Notes under the pieces: model-generated
What the model was told of the DNA's origin: nothing
Databases searched by the model: none
The model's input: only the letters and a program-made list of their open reading frames with translations
Shown: piece after piece, positions 38,719 through 42,013 of the stretch
Layout: every line of letters begins with the position of its first letter
Position numbering within the stretch: position 1 is the first letter of the stretch
Made by a program: the position numbers and the translations under genes
DNA from: an uncultured archaeon
Lineage (GTDB): Archaea; Asgardarchaeota; Lokiarchaeia; Sigyniarchaeales; SOKP01
Direction: 5' to 3'
Assembly: GCA_964632315.1 (NCBI GenBank)
Contig: CAZWEM010000043.1
Coordinates: 1-42,013 of the forward strand
Length of the DNA stretch: 42,013 bases

Positions 38719-40392
38719 CTATATTGCTAATGGGGGTTCCCATATTCCGTATATTTCTCGGTAGATATCACATACTTCTTGTACAGTTGCGCCTTCCTTC
38801 GTTGCCTCCATAACAGCGGGCATCACATTTTCTTCTTTTTCACAGACTTTTCTTAGCTTATCCAACGCTGCTTGCAATTTGTTTTCATCCCTTCTTGCTT
38901 TTAACTTGTTTATGCGATCTATTTCTATCTGTATGCTTTTAGGATTCGTTCTAAACACATCCGTTACAGTGTCATAATCAACTGGATATTTATTTACTCC
39001 AAGCATTATTTCTTCTTTAGTTTCAAGCTTCATCCGTCGCTTGTGGAAAGCATCTCGCATTTCTTTATAAAGCCATCCTGAGGATAATGCTTTATCAATG
39101 CTCCCTACTTTTTCTATTTTATCCATATAGTTCCAAACCTTCTCTTCTATTTCATCGGTTAAGTATTCAACATAGTAAGAACCAGCTAATGGATCTATAG
39201 TGTTCGCAATTCTAGTCTCATCTGAAATAACTTGCTGGGTCCTTAAAGCAACTAAAGCCGCTTCTTTGCTTGGCAGGCAAATTGCCTCATCAAAACTATT
39301 GGTATGAAGGGATTGACATCCGCCAAGATTGGCTTCTAATCCTTGAATTGCAGTACGAACAATATTAATCAAGGGTAGTTGGGCCGTCAAGGAGCTTCCT
39401 GCAGTTTGTACGTGAAACCTAAATTGAAGAGATCTCGGATCTTGAGCATCGTATCGCTCTTTCATTAACTTCGCCCAGATTCTCCTTGCTGCTCTGTATT
39501 TAGCTACTTCTTCGAAGAAATCTTTGTGTGCTGCAAGATGGAAAGCTAATCGATTTACGAAGTCGTCAATCTTCCACCCACGAGCAATCAAGTTATCAAT
39601 ATGAGAAATTGCACTCGCAAATACGAAACCTAATTCTTGAACCGCATCGATCCCTCCTTCGCGGTAATTATAGCCTGTAAAATTAATTGGATGCCAATTT
39701 GGTACATTCTTTTGAGGGACTGTCCATTCAATGAAATCACAAGCTAAACGAAGTAAATGATTTGGAGGACAGTTTTTATAAGGTATGTAGCCAACGGTCA
39801 TTGTTAAAATGTCATTCTGAGTCGTACCCATTAGTGATGATATGTCATAGCCCCGCATTTTAGCCATATTAAAGTACATTGCACATACAGGTGCGCATGT
39901 AAATGGTTCAACAACTAAAGCAACACTAATTTTATCTATAGGTATATCTTCTGTAAGGGCAAAAAGAGAATCGATGCAATACAATGGAACCCCGCTTGTT
40001 CCGACTTCAGGTGCACCATCTCTATTAGTTGGATCTATTCCATTGAAAGTTAAGGCATCAACAGCAGCGCTGAAACCAGTCTCTCCATTTTCATACAGAT
40101 ATTTCCAGCGCAGGTTTGTCTCTTCAGGGGTTCCATGGCCAGAAAATAAGCGCATTGTCCATAAACGCCCGCGATACATATTGGGATAGACTCCTCTTGT
40201 ATATGGTTCCTGTCCGGGAAATCCAATTTTTTCAAAATAATCTCCTTTTACATCCAATGGGGTATACAGTTTTTTAACCTGTATTCCAGAATCTGTTTGA
40301 AATTTGACGTCTCGTTCTTTTTTGCTTTTAACCTTTTCGTCCCAATTTTCTTTTTCTTTTTTTAATTTATCTAGAAAATTTTTGTCATACAC
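38719..40392 (-). CDS. Acyl-CoA mutase large (substrate-binding) subunit, methylmalonyl-CoA mutase family, atypical specificity residues
   Basis: FPGQEPYTRG, WTMR, GTTQNDIL, FEEVAKYRAARRIW, QTAGSSLT, GGCQSLHTNSFDEA, DPLAGSYYVE. Confidence 0.93.
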   Translation of the reverse strand: MYDKNFLDKLKKEKENWDEKVKSKKERDVKFQTDSGIQVKKLYTPLDVKGDYFEKIGFPGQEPYTRGVYPNMYRGRLWTMRLFSGHGTPEETNLRWKYLYENGETGFSAAVDALTFNGIDPTNRDGAPEVGTSGVPLYCIDSLFALTEDIPIDKISVALVVEPFTCAPVCAMYFNMAKMRGYDISSLMGTTQNDILTMTVGYIPYKNCPPNHLLRLACDFIEWTVPQKNVPNWHPINFTGYNYREGGIDAVQELGFVFASAISHIDNLIARGWKIDDFVNRLAFHLAAHKDFFEEVAKYRAARRIWAKLMKERYDAQDPRSLQFRFHVQTAGSSLTAQLPLINIVRTAIQGLEANLGGCQSLHTNSFDEAICLPSKEAALVALRTQQVISDETRIANTIDPLAGSYYVEYLTDEIEEKVWNYMDKIEKVGSIDKALSSGWLYKEMRDAFHKRRMKLETKEEIMLGVNKYPVDYDTVTDVFRTNPKSIQIEIDRINKLKARRDENKLQAALDKLRKVCEKEENVMPAVMEATKEGATVQEVCDIYREIYGIWEPPLAI

Positions 40393-40459
40393 TTGACCAT
40401 CACTCTAAAAATATTATTTAATAGTAGTGCTTCCAATCTAATTATTGTTGTGAAAATAA

Positions 40460-41647
40460 TTATTTATTTTTTTCAAGTGCTTTTTTCGATTTAAACTTAG
40501 AAGGTAAGTTCAATACCCAATCGAAAGATTTCTGTATTAGATAAGAAAATAAGAAGATAAAGGGAACAAATAATAAGACGACTTCAAAGTCAAGTCTTTC
40601 CCAGGTGCCCAAATTTAAAAGATCCATTAAAATTAAAGCATATAATCCTAAAAATATCCTATGAAACAAATAGACGCAATAAGTAGAATATGCGATCGGA
40701 GAAAAAACTTTACCAACGTTTCTTTGATGGAATAATATTCTTAATAAACCTAAAATAAAGTAAAAGGATGCCAACGAAAAAATAATAAATAATATTATTC
40801 TCAAGTCTACCAAGAGGATCACGGTGGTTGCTACTATAATACCTGGATCCTGATCTAGGATGAGTTCTAAATGACTTGTTCCGAATTCTAATAGAAAGTT
40901 ATCATAAACTACATTAGATAACGATAAATATACGAAAAAACTCAAAATGGCGATACCTAAAGCTAATAGCAAGGGTAATAATTTAAAAAGTCTCTTTATT
41001 CTTTCTTTGATGAGATTGTATTCAGAAGATGTATAAATATGTGCCGCCACAATTCCTAGAATGAAGAGAAGATAATAAAAGAAAAAACGATACTCCATTA
41101 GTCCAAAAAAAAGCTTTAAAGACGCGAAAAAAAAGAGAATCGCAATTGAGATGGGGAGAATTCTATAAATAGAGCCTGAAAAACTTAAAACAATGAATAT
41201 AAGATAATAAATTACAATAATCCCTATAAACCAAAGAGTTAACATGGGAGGACCATAAATGGGAGCGACAATCATCTGAATTCCGAAAACATGTGCTAAA
41301 ATATAAAAAGGATCCAAATTCGAATAACCCATAAAGAAAATAAAAAGTATAAGGGTGATCCAGTACAAAGGAAATATCCTTAGAAACCTTTTCTTTACAA
41401 ATTTCGATAACTTTTCAAAACTATTAATATTTCGATAATTCTTATTTAAATATAGCCCAAATCCTGAAATAAATGCAAATGAACCCATAGCAACATAGAT
41501 TCCGGAAGTATGAAGCAAATATCCAATATAAGGATCTAAGTCCATATAGAAACTATAAGCATAATCATTCGGAATGTGGATTAATATCACTACAATTAAA
41601 ATCGATACTATTCTAAAAATATCTAACTCAGCAAGTTTATCCTTCAT
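40460..41647 (-). CDS. Acyltransferase family 3 (OafA-like) membrane protein
   Basis: LDIFRIVSILIVVILIH, FAFISGFGL, KRFLRIFPLYW, LWFI, SYxVYLFH-like STYCVYLFH. Confidence 0.9.
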   Translation of the reverse strand: MKDKLAELDIFRIVSILIVVILIHIPNDYAYSFYMDLDPYIGYLLHTSGIYVAMGSFAFISGFGLYLNKNYRNINSFEKLSKFVKKRFLRIFPLYWITLILFIFFMGYSNLDPFYILAHVFGIQMIVAPIYGPPMLTLWFIGIIVIYYLIFIVLSFSGSIYRILPISIAILFFFASLKLFFGLMEYRFFFYYLLFILGIVAAHIYTSSEYNLIKERIKRLFKLLPLLLALGIAILSFFVYLSLSNVVYDNFLLEFGTSHLELILDQDPGIIVATTVILLVDLRIILFIIFSLASFYFILGLLRILFHQRNVGKVFSPIAYSTYCVYLFHRIFLGLYALILMDLLNLGTWERLDFEVVLLFVPFIFLFSYLIQKSFDWVLNLPSKFKSKKALEKNK

Positions 41648-41832
41648 CGAAAAAAGCCACTCTTAACTAAGGAAATATTGGAAAGGTTTTGAGATCTTAT
41701 TAAAGTAAATTAATAAATTTAATTAAAAAAAGCACAATATATATAGCTATTTTAACCATTTATTTTCACCTTAGTTAATGAATCGATTAAATAAGCTATA
41801 TTTTGTTTTAGATTATAATTTATCAATGAGTA

Positions 41833-42012
41833 CTATTTCGCAATAAAGTATCGAAATTTCTCATCCTCAATTTGCCAACTATTAAAAAAATTATGAAGTA
41901 TCTTGGAGTCCCATAAATTTTCGATATTTCTTATTCCTTTATAGAGTTCAGTTAGAAGTGTTCTATCACAGGGAGATTTCCTATGAGAGGGATATAGCTC
42001 AAGAATTCCCTC
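41833..42012 (-). CDS. 3' end of a gene entering from the right edge (...EGILELYPSHRKSPC...EKFRYFIAK*)
   Basis: 59 open codons from the window edge to TAG at 41835-41833. Confidence 0.6.
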   Translation of the reverse strand, partial: EGILELYPSHRKSPCDRTLLTELYKGIRNIENLWDSKILHNFFNSWQIEDEKFRYFIAK

Positions 42013-42013
42013 T

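Noticed and set aside
41941-42013. SECIS-like or ncRNA hairpins (ATGAGAGGGA...TCCCTCT)
   Set aside because: Lies within an open minus-strand reading frame and is truncated by the window edge; no in-frame-UGA selenoprotein candidate noticed in the window

Overview
AT-rich archaeal chromosomal window, most consistent with an Asgard archaeon of the Lokiarchaeia type. That assignment is an inference from the histone, Alba and archaeal signal peptidase genes, archaeal thiolase/DUF35 and cupin-PGI genes, GGTGA/GGAGG-type ribosome-binding sites and many bacterial-like catabolic genes. The left end is a chromatin locus: a short, tailed histone-fold gene and albA, separated by an unexplained diverged direct repeat with a ~170-bp period. 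The rest is metabolic. It holds a compact 5-gene sugar/sugar-acid cluster (SDH-like, cupin PGI, D-2-hydroxyacid dehydrogenase, UlaG-like MBL, Eda) and a glutaminyl-cyclase-like M28 protein. It also holds a dispersed set of acyl-CoA and B12 genes: thiolase/DUF35, MaoC hydratase, sulfatase, CobA/BtuR, OYE, DUF169, a split CoA-transferase-like alpha/beta pair, MeaB and a two-subunit B12 mutase. Transporters, methyltransferases and a type IIIA P-type ATPase fill in between. The most notable signals are (i) a CoA-transferase-like pair lacking the canonical beta-subunit Glu but carrying an IpdA-like alpha Glu, (ii) a B12 mutase with non-canonical specificity residues, and (iii) the repeat between histone and Alba. 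No rRNA, tRNA, CRISPR array or transposase was recognised. All family calls rest on motif recognition from memory, not on database searches.
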